Source of the DNA: an uncultured Rickettsiales bacterium
GTDB lineage: Bacteria; Pseudomonadota; Alphaproteobacteria; Rickettsiales; UBA8987
Assembly: GCA_964588995.1 (NCBI GenBank)
Contig: CAZPQM010000008.1
Coordinates: 3,141-67,140, forward strand
Length of the DNA stretch: 64,000 bases
Direction: 5' to 3'
Below, in pieces: positions 54,183 through 64,000 of the stretch. Under the pieces are notes generated by a model, which saw nothing but the letters and a program-made list of their open reading frames with translations, searched no databases and was not told where the DNA came from. The position numbers were made by a program, and so were the translations under genes. Numbering within the stretch: position 1 is the first letter of the stretch; every line of letters begins with the position of its first letter.

Positions 54183-55184
54183 ATGACGACCCCTGAACTG
54201 CTGATTCCAAGCGAACAGGCGATTGACCCGACGCTTGATCTGGAAGAGGAAATAAACCGCTTACGCCGCGAGATGAACGCGGTGATTCTCGCGCATTATT
54301 ATCAGGAGCCTGAATTGCAGGATATCGCGGATTTCATCGGCGATTCACTGGACTTATCGCGCAAGGCAGCCGAGACCGATGCGGATGTGATCGTCTTTTG
54401 CGGCGTGCGTTTCATGGGGGAAGTGGCCAAAATTCTGAGCCCGGAGAAAACGGTGCTGATTCCGGATATGAATGCCGGTTGCTCGCTGGAAACCTCCTGC
54501 CCGCCGGATCAGTTCAAGGCCTTCCGCGAAGCCCACCCGGAGCATATTGCCCTGACCTACATTAATTGCTCCGCCGAGGTGAAGGCGCTTTCGGATATTA
54601 TTGTCACCAGCTCGAATGCGGAATTTATCGTGAATCAGATCCCCCATGATCAGCCGATTATTTTCGCGCCGGATCAGCATCTTGGACGCTGGCTGATCGA
54701 CCGCACGGGGCGCGATATGCTGCTTTGGGAAGGTTCCTGCATGGTGCACGAAATATTCTCGGAAAAAGAGCTGGTAAGGCTGAAAACCCGTCATCCTAAG
54801 GCGCATGTGATTGCCCATCCCGAATGCCCGCAGAACCTCCTGCTGCACTCGGATTTTGTGGGTTCGACCTCCAAATTGCTTGCCTTTGCAGGCGAGCATG
54901 ACGGTGAAGAGCTGATTGTAATGACCGAACCGGGTATTCTCCATCAGATGAAGAAAAGCGCGCCCAATGCGACGTTTTATGACGTGCCGGGATTATCGAC
55001 CAGCGAAGGCGCCTGCGCATCGTGCAATGAATGCCCCTTCATGAAGCTGAACACGATGGAAAAGCTCTATATGGCGATGGTCAATCGTTCGCCTGAACTA
55101 ACACTGGAAGAGGAACTGCGCGTTAAAGCAAAAGCCTCGCTTGATAAAATGCTGGAAATGAGCCCACCGAAGCGGGTAAATTAA
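54183..55184 (+). CDS. nadA: Quinolinate synthase NadA
   Basis: ILAHYYQEPELQDIADFIGDSL, PDMNAGCS, YINCSAEVKA, HPECP, TEPGILH. Confidence 0.95.
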   Translation: MTTPELLIPSEQAIDPTLDLEEEINRLRREMNAVILAHYYQEPELQDIADFIGDSLDLSRKAAETDADVIVFCGVRFMGEVAKILSPEKTVLIPDMNAGCSLETSCPPDQFKAFREAHPEHIALTYINCSAEVKALSDIIVTSSNAEFIVNQIPHDQPIIFAPDQHLGRWLIDRTGRDMLLWEGSCMVHEIFSEKELVRLKTRHPKAHVIAHPECPQNLLLHSDFVGSTSKLLAFAGEHDGEELIVMTEPGILHQMKKSAPNATFYDVPGLSTSEGACASCNECPFMKLNTMEKLYMAMVNRSPELTLEEELRVKAKASLDKMLEMSPPKRVN

Positions 55185-56342
55185 ATGAAACGCCGTGCTA
55201 TCAAATTGATCATTGCCACGGTAATAGCGCTGCTGCTTTTTGCCGTATTTTATCTTTATGCTGTTATGCCGAGCAGTAATGCAAGCACGGATAAGGTGCG
55301 CCCGGTTACACTCAAGCTAAAAACAGAGATTATCACGAGCGGTTTAAATCATCCGTGGGCACTGGCATTTCTTCCCGATGGCCGTTTGCTGGTGACAGAA
55401 CGCCCCGGAACGCTGCGAGTCATTTCACAGAATGGCACTGTTTCCGAACCGATTGAAAATGTTCCGGAAGTCTACGAGGCCGGGCAGGGCGGATTGCTGG
55501 ATGTCATGCCTGACCCCGGTTTTGATGAGAATCAGACACTTTATCTCTCCTATGCCGAGAAAGAAGGCGACAAGGCCGGTACGGCAGTTGCGCGCGCAAT
55601 ACTGAACGGTAACCGGTTGGAAAAAGTCGAAGTGATCTTCCGCCAGCAGCCTAAGACCGGCGGGGTGAATCACTACGGCTCCCGCTTCGCCTTTTCGCCA
55701 GAGGGAATGCTCTTCTTTACGCTCGGCGAGCGCTTTGATGAAATGAAGGAAGCGCAAAAACTCGACAATCATCTTGGCAAGGTCATCCGCCTTCAACCCG
55801 ATGGTTCTATCCCGGCGGATAACCCGTTTGTGAATCAGTCCGGCGCTTTGCCTGCTATCTGGTCTTACGGCCACCGTAATCCGCAAGGTGCGGCTATCCA
55901 TCCTGAGTCCGGCAAACTCTGGATTCATGAACATGGGCCGAAAGGCGGGGATGAGCTGAATATTCCGCTCGCGGGTAAAAATTATGGCTGGCCGAAAGCG
56001 AGCTATGGTATCCATTACTGGATGGTGCCGATACGCGATGAGCATGCCGGGCGTGGCTTTACCGAGCCGATCTACCACTGGACACCGTCCATCGCGCCTT
56101 CCGGCATGGCTTTTATCACGAAATCCACCTACCCCGATTGGGAAAACAGCCTGTTTATCGGCGCACTGGCCGGGCGTAAACTGGTACGGCTCGTGGTGGA
56201 CGGGGAAACGGTTACCGCGGAGGAGCACTATCTGACTGATAAGGATTGGCGTATCCGCGATGTCGCCGAGGGGCCGGACGGTGCGCTTTACCTGCTCACC
56301 GATTCTGACGAAGGGAAGCTAGTGCTTGTTGTGCCTGAATAG
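55185..56342 (+). CDS. PQQ-dependent sugar dehydrogenase (soluble aldose dehydrogenase, YliI-like)
   Basis: Signal/TM segment, LNHPWALAFLPDGRLLVTERPG, EAGQGGLLDV, HYGSRFAFSPEG, GHRNPQG, GGDELN. Confidence 0.9.
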   Translation: MKRRAIKLIIATVIALLLFAVFYLYAVMPSSNASTDKVRPVTLKLKTEIITSGLNHPWALAFLPDGRLLVTERPGTLRVISQNGTVSEPIENVPEVYEAGQGGLLDVMPDPGFDENQTLYLSYAEKEGDKAGTAVARAILNGNRLEKVEVIFRQQPKTGGVNHYGSRFAFSPEGMLFFTLGERFDEMKEAQKLDNHLGKVIRLQPDGSIPADNPFVNQSGALPAIWSYGHRNPQGAAIHPESGKLWIHEHGPKGGDELNIPLAGKNYGWPKASYGIHYWMVPIRDEHAGRGFTEPIYHWTPSIAPSGMAFITKSTYPDWENSLFIGALAGRKLVRLVVDGETVTAEEHYLTDKDWRIRDVAEGPDGALYLLTDSDEGKLVLVVPE

Positions 56343-56357
56343 ACTAGCTATAGCAAC

Positions 56358-57656
56358 TCAAGCGGTTAAATAATCGGCAAGCAACTCCGGGCTATCCTTT
56401 TTTTGCAGCAGATATTCGCGGTGATAGTTCACGGCTACATCAACCAGCACACCTTCCGGATATTCCGCCGCTAACTGCACTTCGGCAAATTGCGGGGTGC
56501 GGCCAATGCCTCCTTTTTCAACAATGACCTGTTCGGTTTTGCCAGCACGGCTCGAAAGCAGTTGCTGCACCTGCTCCTCACCCAGCTTCCGAAGGCGTTT
56601 TGCCCTTGCTTTTCGAAGTGCTTTCGGCACCTGCTTCTCCGCCGGGATTTTCGCCGCAGGGGTGCCTTCGCGCTCGGAATAGGGGAAGACATGCAGCCAA
56701 GTCAGCCCGGCTTCCTTAACTAATTGATAGGTGTTTTCAAACATCGCATCCGTCTCGGTCGGAAACCCGGTGATAATATCCGCGCCGAAGACCACGTCAG
56801 GCCGTTTTGCCCGCACCGCCTGTACAAAATCCAGCACCTGCTCGCGCGTATGGCGACGCTTCATGCGCTTGAGAATCATATTATCCCCCGCCTGCAGGCT
56901 TAGATGAATATGCGGCATCAGGCGCGGGTGCTCCGTAATCATCTCGAATAAATCCTCATCAATTTCCGCCACATCAATCGACGACAAGCGCAGCCGCGGC
57001 AGCTCCGGCACGAGCGCGAGGAAGCGTTTCACCATCTGCCCGAGTTTTGGCTTGCCGGGTAAATCCTCCCCATAGGAGGTCATATCCACTCCGGTCAGTA
57101 CAATCTCCTTATACCCCTGCTCCACTAAGAGCCGACCCTGCTCCACCAGCTCACCGATCGGCACCGAGCGGGAATTCCCACGTCCGTAGGGGATAATACA
57201 AAAGGTGCAGCGATGGTTACAGCCATTTTGCACCTGCATGAATGCGCGCGCGCGGCCTTCAAACCCACTGACCAGATGCGAGGCCGTTTCTTTGACCGCC
57301 ATGATGTCATTGACCTTGACCCGTTCATGCCCCGTTGCAAACTCACGATAGGATGCTGGTTGTAGCTTTTCTTCGTTGCCGAGCACCTGCTCGACCTCCT
57401 CCATCGCCGCAAACCGGTCCGGATCCACCTGCGCCGCACAGCCCGTAACGATGATCCGGCTTTCGGGATGCTCGCGCTTGTAGCGGCGGATAGACTGACG
57501 CGCCTGCCGCTCCGCCTCTTTCGTCACGGTGCAGGTATTGAACACCGCGACGTTCTCAAGACCCGAAGCGGCCAGATTGGCACGGATCACCTCCGCCTCA
57601 TAGGCGTTAAGGCGGCAACCGAAATTAATCACATCCTGATTCAGCGCTTTTGACAT
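56358..57656 (-). CDS. mtaB: tRNA threonylcarbamoyladenosine methylthiotransferase MtaB
   Basis: FGCRLNAYE (UPF0004 domain), radical-SAM CNHRCTFCIIP, and a C-terminal TRAM-like region. The ORF is open to 57761, but homologues start at MSKALNQDVINFGC. Confidence 0.9.
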   Translation of the reverse strand: MSKALNQDVINFGCRLNAYEAEVIRANLAASGLENVAVFNTCTVTKEAERQARQSIRRYKREHPESRIIVTGCAAQVDPDRFAAMEEVEQVLGNEEKLQPASYREFATGHERVKVNDIMAVKETASHLVSGFEGRARAFMQVQNGCNHRCTFCIIPYGRGNSRSVPIGELVEQGRLLVEQGYKEIVLTGVDMTSYGEDLPGKPKLGQMVKRFLALVPELPRLRLSSIDVAEIDEDLFEMITEHPRLMPHIHLSLQAGDNMILKRMKRRHTREQVLDFVQAVRAKRPDVVFGADIITGFPTETDAMFENTYQLVKEAGLTWLHVFPYSEREGTPAAKIPAEKQVPKALRKARAKRLRKLGEEQVQQLLSSRAGKTEQVIVEKGGIGRTPQFAEVQLAAEYPEGVLVDVAVNYHREYLLQKKDSPELLADYLTA

Positions 57657-57707
57657 AGGGCAGGGTATATAGCATAAACAAAGACATATCGCTAGGAGAT
57701 TTGCACT

Positions 57708-58126
57708 ATGCTGGAATGGCTGATTCTGATTCTTGTCAGTGTACTGGTGATCTGGCTCCATAACCGCGTGCTGATCGGCATTTCACGCAAGCAACACCCG
57801 ATCCGCATGATCTGGATCATGATACTGCTGAGCTTGTCGCACTTTCTGCATGTTACACTGTTTGCCGTCGCGCTTTATGCTTCAGTGCATTGGCTGGAGC
57901 TGGGAACAATCATCAACTGCCCTTGTGACCGGTTTTATGATTTTCTGTATTTCTCCGCCTCGAACTATACCTCGCTCGGCTACGGCGAATATGCGGCAGC
58001 GGGTGGTATCCGTATGCTCGCCTCACTGGAAGGCTGATCGGGCTGATGATGATCGGCTGGTCCACAGCCTATGCCTTCTGGTGGATGCAGCGCCACTGGC
58101 TGCAGATGGAACAACAGGCCACATAA
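57708..58126 (+). pseudogene. Two-TM mini potassium channel split by a 1-nt frameshift
   Basis: Frame A (57708-58037) encodes the outer helix, the pore helix FYDFLYFSASNY and the filter TSLGYGE (57969-57989), then hits TGA at 58035. The frame starting at 58034 continues with LIGLMMIGWSTAYAFWWMQRHWLQMEQQAT (inner helix) to the TAA at 58124-58126. Confidence 0.5.
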
Positions 58127-58150
58127 GACCGGCGAAAATACTTCAATCAT

Positions 58151-58210
58151 CTTTAACTCGTCGCTTTCGCTCAGGATGATAGGAGCGAAGTTCTGATTAT
58201 CCGCGCGCTG
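58151..58210. repeat. Copy A of a dispersed short repeat (core tcgctttcgctcaggatga ... attatYcgcgcgctg)
   Basis: By eye, about 80% identical over about 60 nt to 60734-60795 inside thiC and to 60484-60540. Confidence 0.5.
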
Positions 58211-58254
58211 GTTTATAAGCCCCCCGCCAATAGGGTGATGTGCCACTATGCGAT

Positions 58255-59169
58255 TCAGCGCTTCTCATAGATAGTAATACCCTCTTTGGCAGCTTGTAGT
58301 AAGGCGTTGGTAACAGCGTTTGCACTCACACTAAACAGGGGAACGCCATGCCAACGCCATATGCTGAGCTCCCCTTGGTCCAGATATGCTTCAATTCGAT
58401 CGACACGGCGACGGTCATTATTATTTGCACGGATAAGCGTGTAGTCAAATTCGTTTCCCTTCTCATCCCTGATTTTCATGGGCACACGATCATAATCCAG
58501 CGGATAGGGAAACGCGTCCTTTAAGAGGTCTTCAACCGTATGCACCTGCGTTAACACTCTGAAATAAGCGCAACCTAGCCCTAGTATAACGGTCTGATAC
58601 TGTGTCATGTTCATAAAAGGCGAGCCTTCACCGAAAATCGTTCCGCATGTATGGTGATCTCTCGTTAAGACGTCCGCCAGAGGGCCAATAGCACAGATCG
58701 AGTGTGTGGGATGCAGGCTGCGATACACACCGTCCTGCTTTCGAAAATACTCGGTCATATAGCCCGTTTCGGAGGGAGTCTGCTTTGCGTCAAACAATGG
58801 TTGCTGCTTGTATAGCTGTGTTGCGTCGTAGGCCTTACCTCCAAAAATGAAGGCTGGCATACATAAAGTTAGATTATTCGTTTTACAATAGGTGATTAAT
58901 GCATCGGCTAGTTGTTCGGGGCTCTCATTGTACATAGGATACAGGTCATGCATCGAACTATGTAACATGATGACTTCCGTGCCAGATGGTAAACGGCTAT
59001 CGAGATGTTCAATAAGCTGATCGGCCGTAAATTGACCATGGTATATTCGTCGCAGCGGAGCCAACCGTTTAACTGTTTTTCGGCTAAGGTGCTTTAGTTT
59101 GTTACGCGTATCTTGCGGTAATATGCGGCGAAGCGTTGCATATAATAGAGACTTTAGCTTCATGTCCAT
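58255..59169 (-). CDS. AAC(3)-family N-acetyltransferase (Antibiotic_NAT fold)
   Basis: VIMLHSSMHDL, LTLCMPAF, TGYMTEYFRKQDGVYRSLHPTHSICAIGPLA, and GEGSPF follow the AAC(3) motif order. Confidence 0.75.
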   Translation of the reverse strand: MDMKLKSLLYATLRRILPQDTRNKLKHLSRKTVKRLAPLRRIYHGQFTADQLIEHLDSRLPSGTEVIMLHSSMHDLYPMYNESPEQLADALITYCKTNNLTLCMPAFIFGGKAYDATQLYKQQPLFDAKQTPSETGYMTEYFRKQDGVYRSLHPTHSICAIGPLADVLTRDHHTCGTIFGEGSPFMNMTQYQTVILGLGCAYFRVLTQVHTVEDLLKDAFPYPLDYDRVPMKIRDEKGNEFDYTLIRANNNDRRRVDRIEAYLDQGELSIWRWHGVPLFSVSANAVTNALLQAAKEGITIYEKR

Positions 59170-60194
59170 GCGGTATCCTCAGCGACCAATAAATGTCCTT
59201 CTTTCTTAGTGACAGCACGGCTTGAGAGAACAATCGTATTGCCGGGTAATGTGCCCTGTGGCAAGTAAAATAGGCCGAATTGAGGAACCCAATCACTCTG
59301 TGCATGATATACTTCTTCCCAGCTTCCATCTGGACGAAGTGCAACGAGATATGCCTTATTGTCTTTGACGGCAGGGCCGGGTTCCGGGGTGGTGCTTATG
59401 TATATGCCCCCCGCCTCATTATGCGAAATGTAATAGGCCGGACCATTTAATTCATAAAGCATTTCAGGCTCTTTAGGGCTCGTTTTATTCACCCTAACAA
59501 TATATGGTCTTTGCAAAGGTGAATCCATTGCCCACACGATTTCATCCTTACGTATAATGAGATCAACAGCTCTGGTTCGCTGACCATAATTGCAAAAACG
59601 TTCTACGGTTGCAAAATCATCTTCTGTAAAATAGATAGTGGATTCAGCATTTTCATCACCACATGTTATCCAAATCCGCCCATGAATAAAAGGATCTGGC
59701 AATAGCCCGTGTATGTGACGAATTTCGCCGGGTTGGAACGTGTAAATGACACGAAAATCGGTGTAAGGTGGGTCACTTGCCAGTATTGCGACCGCGCGCC
59801 GCTCGGCATTATCGAAATATTCGCCATAAAATACGGTTCCCGCCGCGTTCACACAACTTCCTCGCATTAAAGGACAGGTTTTGGATGGTGTATTAATAGC
59901 AGTGGCCTGATCATTAGAAATCAGCCACCATTCGCCCTTACCTGTAACCACCATATAATATACATCACTGATCGTCTGCACATGGGCAATGCTGTGTTTG
60001 AGGATGCGGTCTAGCAAACGTATGTTACAAGGCCAGGCCATAGGTGGCCATGGTATGTGACCGACATTTTGATCCTGCTTACTACTTAAAGACAGTTCAA
60101 ATAACCGGTTTTTACGAGAGCATAGAAGTGTCTCATCACGCACCGCATGGGCAATAGTATATCGGCTTAAAAGGTTGAACTCTAATTCTGCCAT
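59160..60194 (-). CDS. Hypothetical protein, probably all-beta, co-transcribed with the AAC(3)-like gene
   Basis: 344-aa ORF overlapping the downstream gene by 10 nt. No family recognised. Confidence 0.5.
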   Translation of the reverse strand: MAELEFNLLSRYTIAHAVRDETLLCSRKNRLFELSLSSKQDQNVGHIPWPPMAWPCNIRLLDRILKHSIAHVQTISDVYYMVVTGKGEWWLISNDQATAINTPSKTCPLMRGSCVNAAGTVFYGEYFDNAERRAVAILASDPPYTDFRVIYTFQPGEIRHIHGLLPDPFIHGRIWITCGDENAESTIYFTEDDFATVERFCNYGQRTRAVDLIIRKDEIVWAMDSPLQRPYIVRVNKTSPKEPEMLYELNGPAYYISHNEAGGIYISTTPEPGPAVKDNKAYLVALRPDGSWEEVYHAQSDWVPQFGLFYLPQGTLPGNTIVLSSRAVTKKEGHLLVAEDTAWT

Positions 60195-60402
60195 GCGGTA
60201 CCTTCAGATTAGGTATTGAGGATATAATGGACGACAGTTTCAGTCTAGAAGTCAGAAGCCACTGCGTATTAGAGCAACGAATTTGTCTTTTGAGGTTGTT
60301 ATTTATGTCAACTCTGATCGCGATTTCGTAAGTTTATTACGGATTAAGCTGCCAGCAGTTTAGTGGTCGAAGAGTGCATACCTGCCTCGGCGTTCCTCGT
60401 AC

Positions 60403-60565
60403 TGTCATTCTGAGGCCTTCCTTCTTTGTCATGCTGAGCGAGCGTAGCGAGTCGAAGTATCTTTATATGACGGTTATCTCCACGAGATCCTTCGCTATCG
60501 CTCAGGATGACATGAGTGGCATTTTGGTTATTCGTCCCCTGTCCTTCGGCATCTTGGCGTAGATC
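60403..60565. repeat. Intergenic cluster of palindromic repeat units (copy B), MITE/REP-like
   Basis: gtcattctgagg at 60403. Left arm gtcatgctgagcgagcgtagcgagtcgaagtatct (60427-60461) faces right arm agatccttcgctatcgctcaggatgac (60484-60510). 60484-60565 is about 87% identical by eye to 60739-60820. Confidence 0.6.
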
Positions 60566-60619
60566 TCGGTGATCGAAAATAGTGAAGGCCCCAGCCCGTA
60601 TTAATACGAAACGAAAGAA

Positions 60620-62644
<2,025 letters not shown>

Positions 62645-62788
62645 TTATGTCGTCGGTTTGGCGAGGCCATACCATACCCATTTTAGTACGGATTATCAAC
62701 TTCTTTCGACTGAAAGCGAGGCTTGCAACTTGAGCCCAACGGGGATAAATTGGCTGTTATGGTATTGTTCAAAAAACAAGAAACGCCC

Positions 62789-63511
62789 ATGGCCGGTAAC
62801 GAGCCAGAAGGGGTTGATTACGCCGGATTCTGGAACAAATACGCGGAAGACTGGCAACCCGCTGCCGAGGACGAACACTTTATCGGCGATGAGTGGAAAG
62901 GCATCCATGCAGGTGCAGCCCTGTCGCTCGGGGAATATAACCAGCTGATTGAAAAGAGTTTTATTGCACCCTACATCACGAAGGATGATAGCGTGATCGA
63001 GCTGGGTGTAGGCGGTGGTAAAACCGCCGGTATGCTGCTCAATCACTGCAACAAGCTCACCTGTATTGATGTAGCCACCTCCATGCTGGAGGCTACGGCC
63101 AGGCGGCATAAAGGCGAGCCGATTCGCTGTGTACAGATTGATGGCCTATCACTTGCCCCGCTGCCCGATGCCTCGGCAGACGTGTTTTTCAGCTATGATG
63201 CGCTCGTTCATATCGAGCCGCGCGATATTTTTAACTATCTGACGCAGATTCCTCGATTATTGAGGGGAAAACGGCGCTGTATCTTTCATACCAGCAATAT
63301 GCTTTCCGAGCGCGGGTTTCAAAAATTCCTGCTGGAATATAAGGATAATTTGCTGGGAAAACGCAGCGGCGGTGCGTTTTCGGTTATGACCGACAGCCTG
63401 ATGGAGAAATTCCTGACCCATCTGGGCTATCAGATTGATAAAAAAGATACCACCACCGTGCCGCGCGATGCGGTCTGGATTTGTACGGCACCCGAGCAGG
63501 TCGTGCTATGA
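62789..63511 (+). CDS. Class I SAM-dependent methyltransferase
   Basis: Motif I VIELGVGGGK, CIDVATSML, and post-I/II FFSYDALVHI. The ORF is open from 62723, but I prefer the ATG at 62789. Confidence 0.8.
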   Translation: MAGNEPEGVDYAGFWNKYAEDWQPAAEDEHFIGDEWKGIHAGAALSLGEYNQLIEKSFIAPYITKDDSVIELGVGGGKTAGMLLNHCNKLTCIDVATSMLEATARRHKGEPIRCVQIDGLSLAPLPDASADVFFSYDALVHIEPRDIFNYLTQIPRLLRGKRRCIFHTSNMLSERGFQKFLLEYKDNLLGKRSGGAFSVMTDSLMEKFLTHLGYQIDKKDTTTVPRDAVWICTAPEQVVL

Positions 63512-63720
63512 ATGAACGGCTGTTAGACAGAGCCAAGCTGGACCGCTGGGTGGAGGAGGAAAAGCTCTCACCCAATCAGGCCGACGCACTCTGGCGTGAT
63601 TTAAAGGGCCACGAACCCTTTGCCAAGGGCAAGCCAAGCGTCGAATTTCTTCTCACTGTGTTATGTTTAGCGTCGATGGGACTATCACTCTACGTTATGG
63701 CGGCTTTATTTCTCGGCTGA
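63508..63720 (+). CDS. Small hypothetical protein with a C-terminal TM helix
   Basis: The ATG overlaps the methyltransferase stop (ATGA). 70 aa ending in LLTVLCLASMGLSLYVMAALFLG. Confidence 0.45.
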   Translation: MNERLLDRAKLDRWVEEEKLSPNQADALWRDLKGHEPFAKGKPSVEFLLTVLCLASMGLSLYVMAALFLG

Positions 63721-63757
63721 TATTGCACCGCAGAGGTGAGTGGCGCATACTATCAGC

Positions 63758-64000
63758 ATGCAACGCTCGTTTACATCGCACATGAAGATGATTGGCCGCA
63801 GCCTGTGGCGCGCCGGGCGCTATAGTTTTATCGACCATGACGGTATTGAACATGCCGGTTACCTTGCTTTTCTGGGGCTGCTCTCGCTGTTTCCGTTTCT
63901 CGTGATTTTTGTCACGATTGCAGGCTGGTTGGGGCAAATGGACGTACCGGTGGAATTTATGAGCCAATTCTCCACGTTATTGCCGGGACGCGTGCTGGAA
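63758..64000 (+). CDS. YihY/BrkB-family membrane protein, 5' part (runs off the window)
   Basis: Hand translation gives MQRSFTSHMKMIGRSLWRAGRYSFIDHDGIEHAGYLAFLGLLSLFPFLVIFVTIAG..., the typical YihY N-terminus (D....A..LAF..LLSLFP). Confidence 0.7.
   Translation, partial: MQRSFTSHMKMIGRSLWRAGRYSFIDHDGIEHAGYLAFLGLLSLFPFLVIFVTIAGWLGQMDVPVEFMSQFSTLLPGRVLE

Noticed and set aside
57850-58179. 109-aa ORF overlapping the channel gene in another frame
   Set aside because: It has an Arg/Ala-rich translation with no motifs. The other two frames together give a coherent K+ channel, so this frame is not the coding one.
60374-60562. 62-aa plus-strand ORF (MHTCLGVPRTVILRPSFFVMLSERSESKYLYMTVISTRSFAIAQDDMSG...) in the spacer downstream of thiC
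   Set aside because: It is read entirely through the palindromic repeat units (VILRPS, VMLSERSES and SFAIAQDD are repeat translations in both orientations). It has no RBS and no recognisable fold, so I treat it as a repeat artefact and not a gene.

Overview
The window is chromosomal DNA that looks alphaproteobacterial. The markers are the tig-clpP-clpX-(FNT)-lon block, psd-pssA, a yfgM-like gene next to bamB, a DUF1674/SDHAF4-like mini-ORF, hisZ, and a CTTG-N18-CTTATAT RpoH-type promoter in front of lon. GC looks mid-range (about 50%) by eye and was not computed. I call about 60 protein genes and 2 tRNAs (Thr-GGU, Leu-UAG). I found no rRNA, CRISPR array, transposase, integrase or obvious prophage.

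Most of the window is housekeeping: recJ, hom, aceB, lon, clpXP, tig, topA, folE, trmB, nadA, mtaB, thiC. There is also an exopolysaccharide export block (flippase, Wzc-like kinase, Wza-like exporter, outer-membrane barrel, pyruvyl transferase).

Points worth a second look:
1. Two different short palindromic repeat types sit in frame inside conserved enzymes. A GC-rich hairpin element lies in the acyl-CoA dehydrogenase. A gtcatcctgagcgaaagcgaagg-type element lies in the thiC 3' end, with further copies at 58.15 kb and 60.4-60.57 kb. This is reminiscent of Rickettsia palindromic elements.
2. An uncharacterised, translationally coupled pair at 30.2-33.7 kb. It is an 887-aa RepA/AAA_25-like ATPase with a roughly 275-aa unknown module duplicated in tandem, plus a membrane-anchored double FKBP-like protein.
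3. A single-polypeptide PPK1-PPX fusion.
4. A VirB2/TrbC-like pilin fused to a C-terminal beta-rich domain, next to an ArsR regulator in an AT-richer islet.
5. A repeat-flanked AAC(3)-like plus unknown-protein cassette.
6. A frameshifted mini K+ channel.
7. A secreted Sel1/ankyrin protein.
8. An orphan type IV prepilin behind a 330-nt AT-rich leader.

All family calls come from reading motifs by eye. No database search, alignment or statistics were run.
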